64,000 nucleotides of DNA, taken from positions 4,320,001 through 4,384,000 of the forward strand of contig OZ219926.1 of NCBI GenBank assembly GCA_964291405.2, written 5' to 3'. The position numbers and the translations under genes are program-made. Positions 18,162 to 27,778 of the stretch are shown here, one piece after another. Within the stretch, counting starts at the first letter, position 1. The number at the start of each line of letters is the position of its first letter. The stretch is from Thermodesulfobacteriota bacterium (GTDB lineage Bacteria > Desulfobacterota > Binatia > Bin18). The notes beneath the pieces were generated by a model. The model was not told where the DNA came from. It saw only the letters and a list, made by a program, of their open reading frames with translations, and did no database searches.

Positions 18162-18971
18162 ATGTCAAAGCTGGCAGCAATGACCGTTTGGGCGCAAGAC
18201 CCTTTCAGCTATGACATCATTCCGCCTTCTTTCAGCATTTTTCGGAAGCCGGATTTGAGAAAAGTCAACGCGCGGAATGTTTTCGTTCTCACCTCTGTTG
18301 CCGCCCTGCCGGCGGTCAGCGAGTTTGTCCGGGCTGCAAAGCATCGCAACCATCTCCGCACTCTTTTCGTCCGAGAAGATGACAACGCTCGGTTTTTACC
18401 CCAGATGCTTTGTGAGGCAAAACTCCGAATCAGCCGACATATCCTTGTCCACTCGGGGAAAGAGGTCCCAAAGCGGGTGCTCATGGCCTGGAGTTTGGGC
18501 TGTCCGAGTCAACTCATTGCCACTGCACAGGTCACCCAGGATGACCTCTTCGTCATGGCCTGTGACCATAGCTTGTTCAAGGTTGGCTTCGAAGAAATGC
18601 CGGCACTCAAGGGGATTCAGCCCCAACACCGTTCTTCCTTTACCATATCCAGCGAAGGCAGCTATCTGCACTGGCCCGAGGGCGATGTCCATATCGATCT
18701 CGACGCGATTCGCTGTCTGAAAGACGAGGGCTGGCGGAGGAAAAAGGAGCGGGAAAGACTGCTGTATGATCTGCGATTCGGAGAGGCGGTTGCCGCATTG
18801 CGCAAGCAGCGCGGAATCAAGCAGACCGAGATTCAAGGGCTGTCCGAACGCCAGGTGCGAAGAATCGAAAAGGGGGAACGGACAAAGCTGGCTACGCTGG
18901 CGGTTGTGGCCGGAAGCCACGGCTTGTCTCTTGAAGAGTATCTGGATGAAATTGCTGAAATGCTCTCATAG
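18162..18971 (+). CDS. DUF2442 plus C-terminal XRE-HTH protein
   Basis: ISSEGSYLHWPEGDVHIDLD; FGEAVAALRKQRGIKQTEI...VRRIEKGE. Confidence 0.78.
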   Translation: MSKLAAMTVWAQDPFSYDIIPPSFSIFRKPDLRKVNARNVFVLTSVAALPAVSEFVRAAKHRNHLRTLFVREDDNARFLPQMLCEAKLRISRHILVHSGKEVPKRVLMAWSLGCPSQLIATAQVTQDDLFVMACDHSLFKVGFEEMPALKGIQPQHRSSFTISSEGSYLHWPEGDVHIDLDAIRCLKDEGWRRKKERERLLYDLRFGEAVAALRKQRGIKQTEIQGLSERQVRRIEKGERTKLATLAVVAGSHGLSLEEYLDEIAEMLS

Positions 18972-18989
18972 ATTTATGCCTCCTCGAAC
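18971..18989 (-). repeat. 19-bp copy of the SSS gene stop region (FEEA*)
   Basis: GATTTATGCCTCCTCGAAC is identical to 19307-19325. Confidence 0.8.
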
Positions 18990-19015
18990 TGTTAAGTTTC
19001 ACCGCTCAAGCGCCG

Positions 19016-19162
19016 CTAGTGCAGTTTACGATAAGTTGTAGCCACATCGCTTCACCTTCGTCATACCGGACGTGATCCGGCATCCAGAGGGCGGGGGGCG
19101 GGGCTGGATTCCTGCTTTCGCAGGAATGACGGGCGGCTACACAGAATCGTAATTTGCTCTAG
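19016..19162. mobile_element. IS630-end MITE with GGATTCCTGCTTTCGCAGGAATGAC palindrome cargo
   Basis: Bounded by CTAG; TGTAGC at position 22 from both ends; inverted homologue of 21863-22012. Confidence 0.8.
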
Positions 19163-19236
19163 GGCTTACAGCCCAGGCAACCTGGGCCTCATAATAATTT
19201 AATAAAATTAAGAGATTAGAGCAGTAGGTCGGATTA

Positions 19237-19286
19237 GTGGAGTGCGCCCTGCGCACCAGGAAGCTGGTGCATGGGATGCACCCTAC
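19237..19286. repeat. GTAG-type REP doublet
   Basis: GTGCGCCCTGCGCACC...GGTGCATGGGATGCACCCTAC; same family inside 24926-25080 and 44772-44927. Confidence 0.75.
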
Positions 19287-19309
19287 GGAAGGGAACGGGG
19301 GGCTATGAT

Positions 19310-19541
19310 TTATGCCTCCTCGAACAGTACCCGGACGTGCGCCTCGGGCAGGGGCTGGGTCACTTTGGAGAAGATGATGGTAAAGGCCACCGAGGTGAGG
19401 CTGGCGAGGGCCGAGCAGGAGAACGGATTGACGCCCTCGATATAGAGCCAGGAGACGACGGAGTGCAGCAGGCCGGGTGCAAACCAGGCCGGGTCAATCA
19501 GTTGGGCGTGCAGGACCAGAAAGCTGACAAAGCCGCTGACC
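19310..19541 (-). repeat. 232-bp displaced copy of the SSS gene 3' end (...AHVRVLFEEA*)
   Basis: Near-identical to 20209-20440 with scattered substitutions. Confidence 0.93.
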
Positions 19542-19546
19542 GCCTC

Positions 19547-19837
19547 TCAGTCTACAGGTTCATCTGGCAACTGAGCACCATGCCATACGCCCACTATCCA
19601 GACTGTGTTCTGTTCTGGACGGTAGAAAAAACGATACGGAGTAATAAGGACTTCTCGGTAGGGTAGCTCTGGAAACTCGGGAATGACTCTACCCGAGCCT
19701 GAAAATCGTCCGAGCCGACGGAGAATCTGCTCGGCGCGTTGGCGAAACTGTCTCGCCGCTTCTGGGTTGTCGCAACGGATGTACGTAATGGCAGCCAGGA
19801 ATTGCGCCCGAGCCGCTGGGGTGAATTGGACGGTCAC
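19547..19837 (-). CDS. ParE/RelE-family toxin
   Basis: MTVQFTPAARAQF...SGRVIPEFPELPYREVLITPYRFFYR...VWHGAQ. Confidence 0.9.
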   Translation of the reverse strand: MTVQFTPAARAQFLAAITYIRCDNPEAARQFRQRAEQILRRLGRFSGSGRVIPEFPELPYREVLITPYRFFYRPEQNTVWIVGVWHGAQLPDEPVD

Positions 19838-20115
19838 TGCTCGTCAGCCTCAAGCAGTGCATCAGCCTCAGCGAGCACCGTACCCAAGTCGATACCACGC
19901 CCTTCAGCAATTTCTTTTTCCCCCCGAGCCAGGAGTCTGAGTATCTGCCGCTCAGACTCTGCTCGCCGGTAGGCTTCTGCGCTCAATAACACTGCCGCGG
20001 CCCGTCCTCGTTGGGTGATGACAAACGGGTCGTCCGACTTGCTAACTTGCTTTAATACGGTCGCAGCGTCCTGGCGCAGTGCGGTGATAGGGATAATGTG
20101 CGGCAAACTCGACAT
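19834..20115 (-). CDS. Phd/YefM-family antitoxin
   Basis: IIPITALRQDAATVL...PFVITQRGRAAAVLLS. Confidence 0.9.
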   Translation of the reverse strand: MSSLPHIIPITALRQDAATVLKQVSKSDDPFVITQRGRAAAVLLSAEAYRRAESERQILRLLARGEKEIAEGRGIDLGTVLAEADALLEADEQ

Positions 20116-20208
20116 AAACAATCCTTTTCGGAACGTTTGGATGTACAGCCAAACGTATCATAGAACGTATGACTGAGCAATGTATCATCGTCCAAGCCGT
20201 ACCATATT

Positions 20209-21786
20209 TCAAACGTCCTCGAACAGCACCTGGACGTGCGCCTCGGGCAGGGGCTGGGTCACTTTGGAGAAGATGATGGTAAAGGCCACCGAGGTGAGGC
20301 TGGCAAGGGCCGAGCAGGAGAACGGATTGACGCCCTCGATATACAGCCAGGAGACGACAGAGTGCAGCAGGCCGGGCGCAAACCAGGCCGGGTCGATCAG
20401 TTGGGCGTGCAGAACCAGAAAGCTGACAAAGCCGCTGACCAGACCGGCGTAGGCCCCGGCCCGCGTGACTCCGCGCCACAGCGCCCCGAATACCAGGGAA
20501 CCGGCCAGGGCCGACATGACACAGCCGGTACCAATCCAGACAATCAGCATGACGTTGGTTTCAACCCACGACCAGGCTATTGCCGCGCAGACGACCAGCA
20601 CGGCAACGGTCGCTACCCGGCTGATGTATAAAACCTGGCGGTCGAGTCGTTCCCCGGTTGGCGGATGCTTCAATCGCGGGACTATACTCCGACGGTAGAG
20701 GTCGTTGGCGATAATCTGGGAAGATGACACGACGAGTCCGTCCGCGGTGGACATAATGGCGGCCAGGATGCCGACGCCGACCAAGGCCGCCAACCAGGTC
20801 GGGAACAGCTCGATGAAGAGTGTGGGCAGGGCGTGATTCGAGGTTGCGCCCTCGGCGAACAGGGCGTCACCCATCAGCGCCCGGGCCAACAGGCCGCCCA
20901 AGGTCAGCATGGCCAGGGTGATGATGAATATGATCGTGAGGGTAAGAAAGCGGTTCTGGTGCATGCTGTGTTTCAAGGCCCAGAGCTTATTGCCCAGGTG
21001 CGGCAGCACGCCCAGCGGAATGAACGAAATCACCAGCGCGGCAATGGACCACCAGGAGTGATAGAGCGGGGTTTTCGTGTTGAGCGGGCTCACCAGGTGT
21101 TCGTCCTGAGTGGCCAGATTATCGATCAGTCCCAGGAATCCGCTTCTGCCCGATTCGCCCACCTCCAGCCCAAAGCCGATGAGGAAGAGCACGACGACCA
21201 CCACGGCGACCAGCAGCATCAGACAGGCCTGGACCCCGTCGGCGATAATGTCGGCATGCGCCCCGCCCAGGACAACGTAAATCAGCAACACGGTGGTGGT
21301 GATGATCAGGGCCCAGAGCGGTGGTAAACCCAGCAGAATCTCGAACATGACCAGGCCCGACACGAGCTGGCCGGCCAGATAGAAACACAACAACAGGGAA
21401 AACACTGACACCAGCACCCGAATGCCTTCGGACTGGTAGCGGTCACCGAGGTACTCGGGGATGGAGCGGTTGCCGAACTTATGGCCGGAGCTTGTAATCA
21501 GGCGCATGGTGAGCAACATGCCCAGACACAGACCGGCGGGACCCAGAAAGACGCCCCACATGGTGGTCAGCCCCCAGGTGTAGCTCAGCCCCGGCATGCC
21601 CAGGAAGGTTGCCCCGCTCACGGTGGTCGCCGAAAACGCCAGGGCCAGAAACAGGGGGCCGTACGCGCCACGCGCCGTGGCAAAGTCGTCGGCATGTTTG
21701 ACCCGCCGCTGGGCCAAAACCCCGATGCCTATCATGCCGCCGATATAGATGACGAGGAAGAACCACGACCAGCTAATGAGTGTCAT
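20209..21786 (-). CDS. Sodium:solute symporter (SSS) family transporter, paralog 1
   Basis: SGATFLG, SIPEYLGDRY and AAIMSTAD motifs; many TM segments. Confidence 0.93.
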   Translation of the reverse strand: MTLISWSWFFLVIYIGGMIGIGVLAQRRVKHADDFATARGAYGPLFLALAFSATTVSGATFLGMPGLSYTWGLTTMWGVFLGPAGLCLGMLLTMRLITSSGHKFGNRSIPEYLGDRYQSEGIRVLVSVFSLLLCFYLAGQLVSGLVMFEILLGLPPLWALIITTTVLLIYVVLGGAHADIIADGVQACLMLLVAVVVVVLFLIGFGLEVGESGRSGFLGLIDNLATQDEHLVSPLNTKTPLYHSWWSIAALVISFIPLGVLPHLGNKLWALKHSMHQNRFLTLTIIFIITLAMLTLGGLLARALMGDALFAEGATSNHALPTLFIELFPTWLAALVGVGILAAIMSTADGLVVSSSQIIANDLYRRSIVPRLKHPPTGERLDRQVLYISRVATVAVLVVCAAIAWSWVETNVMLIVWIGTGCVMSALAGSLVFGALWRGVTRAGAYAGLVSGFVSFLVLHAQLIDPAWFAPGLLHSVVSWLYIEGVNPFSCSALASLTSVAFTIIFSKVTQPLPEAHVQVLFEDV

Positions 21787-21862
21787 GGGCAGGTTTCCTT
21801 ACATGTCCAAAAGGGAATCCGGGGGCCGCAGCCGCCGTTGCCGCTTGCCCGCTCTTGATGGT

Positions 21863-22012
21863 CTAGGGCAAATCACGATGCTATGTAGCCGCCCGTCATT
21901 CCTGCGAAAGCAGGAATCCAGGTCTCCAGCCCCCCGGCCTCTGGATGCCGGATCAAGTCCGGCATGACGAGCGTGTACTGGCATGGCTACAACTTATCGT
22001 GAAATGGTCTAG
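21863..22012. mobile_element. IS630-end MITE with GTCATTCCTGCGAAAGCAGGAATCC cargo
   Basis: Bounded by CTAG; the right CTAG contains the stop codon of 22009-22449. Confidence 0.8.
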
Positions 22013-22449
22013 CCTTGGCGGTCGGCCGTCATCCGCAGGACGACCCGTAGGTGTTGGTACTTCCACTCCCCGTTGACCTTCACGTAGTCGTCGTCATAGC
22101 GCAGGGCCAGCCATTTCTCATCGTCGTTTTCGGCATACGTCCACGGACCCATGATATACCAGACGCCGGTGGCGCGGTCTCCGTTGACCTCGATGATGGG
22201 GTTCATGATGTTGTGCTGAGAAAAGCTGAACATGTTTTGGAATTTCTGAAATAAATCGCGAATAGCCGCATGACCCTCAGCCTTGCCGAAATCCGGACTC
22301 TCCCAGATGGCATCTTCGACAAAGACTGAGGTGACCCTGTCGGGGTTGTGCATATCGTCGCAGATTTCGCAGTAGCGGGCCTTGAGCTGTTTTATCGCCT
22401 CGATGTCTTCGAGCCGGGTGATGCGCGCTTCCAGTTCCGACATGGCCAT
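22009..22449 (-). CDS. SnoaL/NTF2-like family protein
   Basis: LEDIEAIKQLKARYC...YDDDYVKVNGEWK. Confidence 0.88.
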   Translation of the reverse strand: MAMSELEARITRLEDIEAIKQLKARYCEICDDMHNPDRVTSVFVEDAIWESPDFGKAEGHAAIRDLFQKFQNMFSFSQHNIMNPIIEVNGDRATGVWYIMGPWTYAENDDEKWLALRYDDDYVKVNGEWKYQHLRVVLRMTADRQG

Positions 22450-22588
22450 ACTGAACCCTCCCTTTGATCGGACTTGTGATTGCATTCTTACTACACGGTT
22501 CGCTGACGGTATGGCAATTCCCGTGCAGGATTGGTTTCGACCCATGCAGGTTATGCCGCATAGCGGAAGAATGATGCCTATTGTATCC

Positions 22589-23521
22589 CTAGCGGATCGC
22601 GACAGGATGGACGGGGCTCTGCACCGCCCCAACCAGGCGTGGTGCAGCGAGCATGAAGAAAAACTCGTAGGCTTGATCCGCAGCCAACTCGGCGGTCTTG
22701 ATATTTTCCAGAATATACACGCCCCGTTTCGTCAAGAGCAAATCGTGAACGGGCAGGAAGTGGTCCGGTAGCGTGTCGTTGGTGGGCCAGCCTTCGATGG
22801 TCCAGGTATCCGCACCAACGGCCACAACGTCCTGGTCGGCCAGCCAAGTTGCGCCGTCTAGGCCAATCCCGGGTGGCTTGGCCAGAAAGCGCTCCCCGTC
22901 CTCGGCGGCAACGCTGAGCCAGCCGGTGTGCAGCAGGACAACATCACCCGTGCGGATTTCCATGCCCTGACGCTGGGCCGCCGTCCGCAACTCGGCGCTC
23001 TCGAAGACGGTCCGCTCGGGCAGTTGAGCGACGCCCGCGGCGGCTGCCATGTCGAGCAGAACACCCCGCCCAACGATGGGCGGCAGGGTATGGATACCGT
23101 ATTGGATTGCACCATCCGGGCGGATGACTTCCTCGGTCGGGACGCCGTTGTAATGCCGACCGTCAGACCCGACGTGGGCAAAGCCGTCGATCTGAGTGCC
23201 AACGCCCAGCCAGGAGATGACCAGATCGTCAAAGCCCTGGAGCTTATTGGCCCCGACGGTTGGACTGTCTCCGACAAAAATCCTATCGGTGCGGATTTGG
23301 TAATTGCGGGGGCCAAAGGCTGGGGTTTTCGGGCCGGTCGGCATGGCAAGCGAATAGACCTTGCCCGTTGTGATCAGACCGGCCGCTTCAACCACGGCCT
23401 GCGCCGACAGATTGTTTATCGCTCCCAGCCGGTCCTTCGCACCATACTTCGACGGAAACCAATCCGCCGCATAGGCCGGGCTCAGCCACAGCACAACCAC
23501 TACGAATGCCAGGATGCTCAT
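22589..23521 (-). CDS. Cyclase (kynurenine formamidase-like) family protein with signal peptide
   Basis: GTQIDGFAH, GRGVLLD, GDVVLLHTGW, VGADTW, ILEN. Confidence 0.88.
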   Translation of the reverse strand: MSILAFVVVVLWLSPAYAADWFPSKYGAKDRLGAINNLSAQAVVEAAGLITTGKVYSLAMPTGPKTPAFGPRNYQIRTDRIFVGDSPTVGANKLQGFDDLVISWLGVGTQIDGFAHVGSDGRHYNGVPTEEVIRPDGAIQYGIHTLPPIVGRGVLLDMAAAAGVAQLPERTVFESAELRTAAQRQGMEIRTGDVVLLHTGWLSVAAEDGERFLAKPPGIGLDGATWLADQDVVAVGADTWTIEGWPTNDTLPDHFLPVHDLLLTKRGVYILENIKTAELAADQAYEFFFMLAAPRLVGAVQSPVHPVAIR

Positions 23522-23701
23522 ACCAGTTCCTTCGCTCCCGAGCAGCGCCGCTCAGTCGTCTCACCAATGAACTACTCCACTCAACCTCGTCCCCTCTATC
23601 GCCGGTCTTGAGATCAAAATGCTTACCGCGCCCTCGCGCACCAAGCGATGATTACGAAAGGAACGGGATTCTCGGCAGGCGTCTGTTCTCAGTTGACGCC
23701 C

Positions 23702-24544
23702 TTAAAAGCTCGGCCTGGTCGAAAATGGAGTCAATTGGAGTTCATGCGTCCAACAGGATTTGTCTTGGGTGTGTAGATAATAGTACGCCTCAGCGATCTG
23801 AACGGGATCCATCACCACTTCAGGCCGCTTCTGGGCCAGCGGCAGGGCGCGGGTGCCTGGAGAGTCGATGAGGCCGTCTATCACGATGTTGGCTACGTGT
23901 ATGCCATGCTCGGAATATTCCTCCGTCAGCACCTGCGCCAGCGTGCGCATCATCACTCTCGGATAGTACAACGACTGTCCTGTCAGTCGCTTTCGTCCGC
24001 GCAAGGACGCCGCGTTATTGGAAATGAAGAAAGACCCTGAGCCGCGTTCTCGCATGGTGGGCAACACCTCCTTGGCAACCAGGAACGGGCCTCGGCTGGA
24101 GATGTGCTGCGCGGTGTCAAAGAGTTCGACCGGGATGTATTCAAGCAATTCTTTCTCCGGCGGCAGGTCACGCCCCTCCAGGTAGCCCGCGTTGAAGATC
24201 AAGACATTCGGGTCACCGGCTTGCTCTCGAATCCGGGCAAACGCCTGCGATATGGAGTCGTGCGACACGAGGTCCAACTCGACAATCATGCCTTCGCCAC
24301 CTTGCTCTTGGATTGCCTGCTCCAACCCGGAGGCATTGGCGGCCTTCCGGGTGGTCAACACGACGAAGAAGCCCTCTTTGGCAAACTTCTGCGCGACGGC
24401 ACCGCCGATACCCCAGCGCGCACCGACGGGTATATCGCTGTCGTCGATCTCCTGACCGTGCGCGAGTTTGGTATTACGGCCATCTGACTGCCACTTGGAC
24501 GTTGCTCCCACCACGACGGCAACCGGTTTACGGGTCGCGTTCAT
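23702..24544 (-). CDS. SDR-family oxidoreductase (atypical)
   Basis: VVVGA..(insert)..GIGGAVA, FNAG, HVANIVIDGLID, WTHELQLTP. Confidence 0.85.
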   Translation of the reverse strand: MNATRKPVAVVVGATSKWQSDGRNTKLAHGQEIDDSDIPVGARWGIGGAVAQKFAKEGFFVVLTTRKAANASGLEQAIQEQGGEGMIVELDLVSHDSISQAFARIREQAGDPNVLIFNAGYLEGRDLPPEKELLEYIPVELFDTAQHISSRGPFLVAKEVLPTMRERGSGSFFISNNAASLRGRKRLTGQSLYYPRVMMRTLAQVLTEEYSEHGIHVANIVIDGLIDSPGTRALPLAQKRPEVVMDPVQIAEAYYYLHTQDKSCWTHELQLTPFSTRPSF

Positions 24545-24647
24545 ATCGGATTCCTTTTCCCTTGTTGCGAGTCACCCAAGCGTAAGGAAAAATAGCCACA
24601 TTCACAACGACAAACAGAATTATCTTAGTTACGGTCCAGGAGATTGC

Positions 24648-24716
24648 CTTTGAAGCCGAAAGGTCAGAAAACGGAAATCTGACGGTGACTACTGAGCCGG
24701 GTCTAAGTGAGTCCAC
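24648..24716 (-). pseudogene. 5' fragment of a PemK/MazF toxin
   Basis: GSVVTVRFPFSDLSASK is followed by unrelated sequence where KxRP is expected. Confidence 0.7.
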
Positions 24717-24904
24717 GCTTCATCTTCTTCTAGACGGTTCCAGTCTTTCGCAAGTGCTTCTTCGCTGAGTTGTGCAGTTGAGGGGATGCGCGGAGTTTCT
24801 TCAAGGATGGTGACGATCGCGCGCCGCGCTTGAGGAAGCTGTACTGGTTCCGACAGGTGGACACGCCCGTCTTTGTCTATGGTCGCTTCGAGGGTACGAA
24901 TCAT
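24689..24904 (-). CDS. DUF104/AF2212-like putative antitoxin
   Basis: LEATIDKDGRVHLSEPV...LSEEALAKDWNRLEEDEAW; overlaps the PemK fragment. Confidence 0.7.
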   Translation of the reverse strand: MIRTLEATIDKDGRVHLSEPVQLPQARRAIVTILEETPRIPSTAQLSEEALAKDWNRLEEDEAWTHLDPAQ

Positions 24905-24925
24905 TGAAAACCTCTTTCCCATATT

Positions 24926-25080
24926 CTAGCGCAAAATTCACATGAGTGTCGCGTCCAACGGCCTCCGCGTGTTTCCCGATACGTAGGGTGCGCCCTGCGC
25001 ACCAGTAAAGTTGGTGCGCAGGGCGCACCCTACGGAACTATGGAGAGCACCTCGCTACACCACGGAGAAAACTGCTCTAG
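24926..25080. mobile_element. IS630-end MITE with GTAG-REP doublet cargo, directly abutting IS630
   Basis: Right end CTCGCTACACCACGGAGAAAACTGCTCTAG nearly matches the IS630 right end; shares CTAG 25077-25080 with it. Confidence 0.85.
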
Positions 25081-26099
25081 AGCGTGTTACACTGTCGTGT
25101 AGCGTCTAGAGGAAGGCGTGGTACGTGGTGAGAGGCAAGGGGGACGTATGCAAGCATATTCGCTAGATCTCCGGGAGCGCGTCGTAGCCGACCGGGTGGC
25201 GGGACTGCGCACGGCCGAGGTGGCCCGCAAGTATCGCGTGAGTCCGGCGTGGGTACGCCGGCTCCTGCAGCGCTACCGGGCGACGGGGAAGGTGGCCCCC
25301 AAGCGACGGACGCAGTATCGCCTGCCCCTCCTCCAGCCGTATCTCCCGCAACTTGCCGCGTTGATTCAGGCGCAGCCCGACGCGACCCTCGCCGAGTTAC
25401 GCGCGGCCTTGGGCGTCTCGGTCAGTCTGCCCACGGTATGGCGAGCCATACGCCACTTAGGCCTGACGGTAAAAAAAAGTCCTACACGCGGCAGAACAAG
25501 ATCGGCCTGATGTCGTGGTGGCACGCCAGCGCTGGCGCGCCCAAGCGGCCTCCCTCGATGGGCACGGCCTCGTCTTCCTGGATGAGACGGCCGTGCGGAC
25601 GAATCTGACCCGGCGGTACGGTCGGAGTCGGCGCGGGACACGCCTCGTCGCCAAAGTCCCTCATGGACACTGGCAAACGACCACCCTCATTGCCGCCCTG
25701 CGCGCGCAGCACCTCACCGCCCCGGCGGTCTTGGATGGGCCGGTTGATGGCCCCTGCTTTGTCGCTTATGTCGAACAGGTCCTCGCGCCCACCTTGCACC
25801 CCGGCGACTGCGTCGTCATGGACAATCTCGCCTGTCATAAAGTCACAGGCGTGCGCCAAGCGATTGAGGCTGTCGGGGCGCGCTTGCTCTATCTGCCCCC
25901 CTACAGCCCCGACTTCAATCCCATTGAGCAAGTCTTTGCCAAACTCAAAGCCCGCCTGCGGGCCGCTCCGCCCCGCACGGTTGCCCGCTTGTGGGCCGCT
26001 ATTGGCCACACCCTCCAGACCTTCTCTCCCGCGGAATGTGCCAACTATATCCGCCACGCTGGCTATCGCCTCGCTACACCACCATGAAAACTGCTCTAG
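25077..26099 (+). mobile_element. IS630-family insertion sequence
   Basis: CTAG at both ends; imperfect TIRs (CTAGAGC...TGTAGCG); transposase inside. Confidence 0.93.
25148..26087 (+). CDS. IS630 transposase, two ORFs joined at an A8 run (25471-25478)
   Basis: [13 protein letters not shown] (HTH) and FLDET...VMDNL...[12 protein letters not shown] (DDE); ORF B is in the +1 frame. Confidence 0.9.
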
Positions 26100-26185
26100 T
26101 CTTTGGCTTATAGCCCGTCCGTGCCCCTTTGAAAGCCGTGTGCTCAAGAGGACGACCGGTCGAATCCAGAGCGAATTTTGGACGT

Positions 26186-27754
26186 CTACGTCCCCTCAAA
26201 CAACGCCTTCACATGCGACTCGGGCAACGGTTGCGTTGCTTTGGACACGATATAGGTGCAGGCAACCGACATGAGTTCCCCTATCGTTGCGCAGGAGAAC
26301 GGGCTGGGGCCTTCGGCGTAAAGCCAGGCGGCGGCGGTGTGCAGCATGCCGGGTGCGAACCAGGCGGGGTCTATCATTTGGGTGTGCAGCACGAGGAAGG
26401 TGACGAAGCCGCTGACTAAGCCGGCATAGGCGCCTTTGCGGGTGACGCCGCGCCAGAGCGCGCCGACCACGAGGGGTCCGGCAAAGGCCGCCATCATGCC
26501 GCCGTTCCCGATCCAGACAATGAGCGCGATATTGGTCTCGACCAAAGCCCAGGCCAGGGCGGTACACAGCACCAGCACCACAACGGTCGCCACCCGACTG
26601 ATGGATAAAACCCGCTGGTCAAGTTGCTCGGCACTCGGGGGATTCTTGAGCCGAGGCACGATGGACCGACGGTAGAGATCGTTGGCAATCACTTGGGATG
26701 AAGATATGACCAGCCCGTCGGCGGTAGACATGATGGCGGCCAGCACGCCCACCCCAATGAGCGCGGCGAACCAAGTCGGGAACAACTCGATGAAGAGGAG
26801 GGGCAGGGCCTGATTCGGGTTCGCTCCCTCGGCATACAGCGCATCGCCCAATATCGCGCGGGCGAGGAGACCGCCCAGCCCGAGCATGCCCAGCGTCAGC
26901 CCAAACGCGAAGGCCAGCTTGATAAACGATTTCTGTTGGCTCACGCTCTTTAATGCCCAGAGTTTGTTCCCGAGATGGGGGAGCAGGCCGAGCGGGATGT
27001 GCGCAATAAAAATGGCAACAACGGACCACCAGGAATGGTAGAGCGGAGTCTCGGCGTTGAGCACACCGACCAAGTGTGCATCCTGCTCGGTGAGGCGGTC
27101 GATGATACTCAGCATGCCCGCTCTTTCGCCGTCTACCCCAAATCCGGTCAGAAACAGGACAATCACCATCGCCGCGACCAGCAGCATCATGAAGCCCTGC
27201 ACCCCATCCGTCAGGATGTCGGCATGCGCGCCGCCGAGCACAACGTAAATCAACAATACGGTTGTGGTGATGAGCAGCGCCCACAGGGGGGACATGCCCA
27301 GCATAATCTCGAACATCACCAGCCCGGACACCAACTGCCCGGCCAGATAGAAAAACAACACTAAGGAAAAGACCGAGATGAGTATCCGAATGCCGTCGGA
27401 TTGGAAGCGGTCGCCGAGGTATTCCGGTATGGAGCGGTTCCCGAACCGGTGGCCCGAAGCGGTAACCAGGCGCATGGCAACCAACACGCCGACATACATC
27501 CCAGCCGGGTACAGGAAGCAACCCCAAATCGTTGGGAGCCCCCACTCGTAGCCAAAGCCCGAGCTGCCGAGAAAGGTGGCGCCACTGGCCGTGGTCGCGG
27601 CAAAGGCAAACGCGAGAAATAACGGTCCGTATGCACCCCGCGCCGTGGCAAAGTCGTCAGCGTGTTTGACCCGTCGTTGGGCGAGCACGCCGATAGCCAG
27701 CATGCCGCCGATATAGACGATGAGAAATATCCACGACCAGGTAATGAGTGACAT
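26186..27754 (-). CDS. Sodium:solute symporter family transporter, paralog 2
   Basis: Clearly homologous to 20209-21786; starts 24 nt after the frc stop. Confidence 0.93.
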   Translation of the reverse strand: MSLITWSWIFLIVYIGGMLAIGVLAQRRVKHADDFATARGAYGPLFLAFAFAATTASGATFLGSSGFGYEWGLPTIWGCFLYPAGMYVGVLVAMRLVTASGHRFGNRSIPEYLGDRFQSDGIRILISVFSLVLFFYLAGQLVSGLVMFEIMLGMSPLWALLITTTVLLIYVVLGGAHADILTDGVQGFMMLLVAAMVIVLFLTGFGVDGERAGMLSIIDRLTEQDAHLVGVLNAETPLYHSWWSVVAIFIAHIPLGLLPHLGNKLWALKSVSQQKSFIKLAFAFGLTLGMLGLGGLLARAILGDALYAEGANPNQALPLLFIELFPTWFAALIGVGVLAAIMSTADGLVISSSQVIANDLYRRSIVPRLKNPPSAEQLDQRVLSISRVATVVVLVLCTALAWALVETNIALIVWIGNGGMMAAFAGPLVVGALWRGVTRKGAYAGLVSGFVTFLVLHTQMIDPAWFAPGMLHTAAAWLYAEGPSPFSCATIGELMSVACTYIVSKATQPLPESHVKALFEGT

Positions 27755-27778
27755 GCGGGGATTAGGTGCTGAGTGGCG

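Noticed and set aside
8876-20440. SSS 3' copies as a diversity-generating retroelement template/variable repeat pair
   Set aside because: No reverse transcriptase in the window, and the differences do not appear restricted to adenines.
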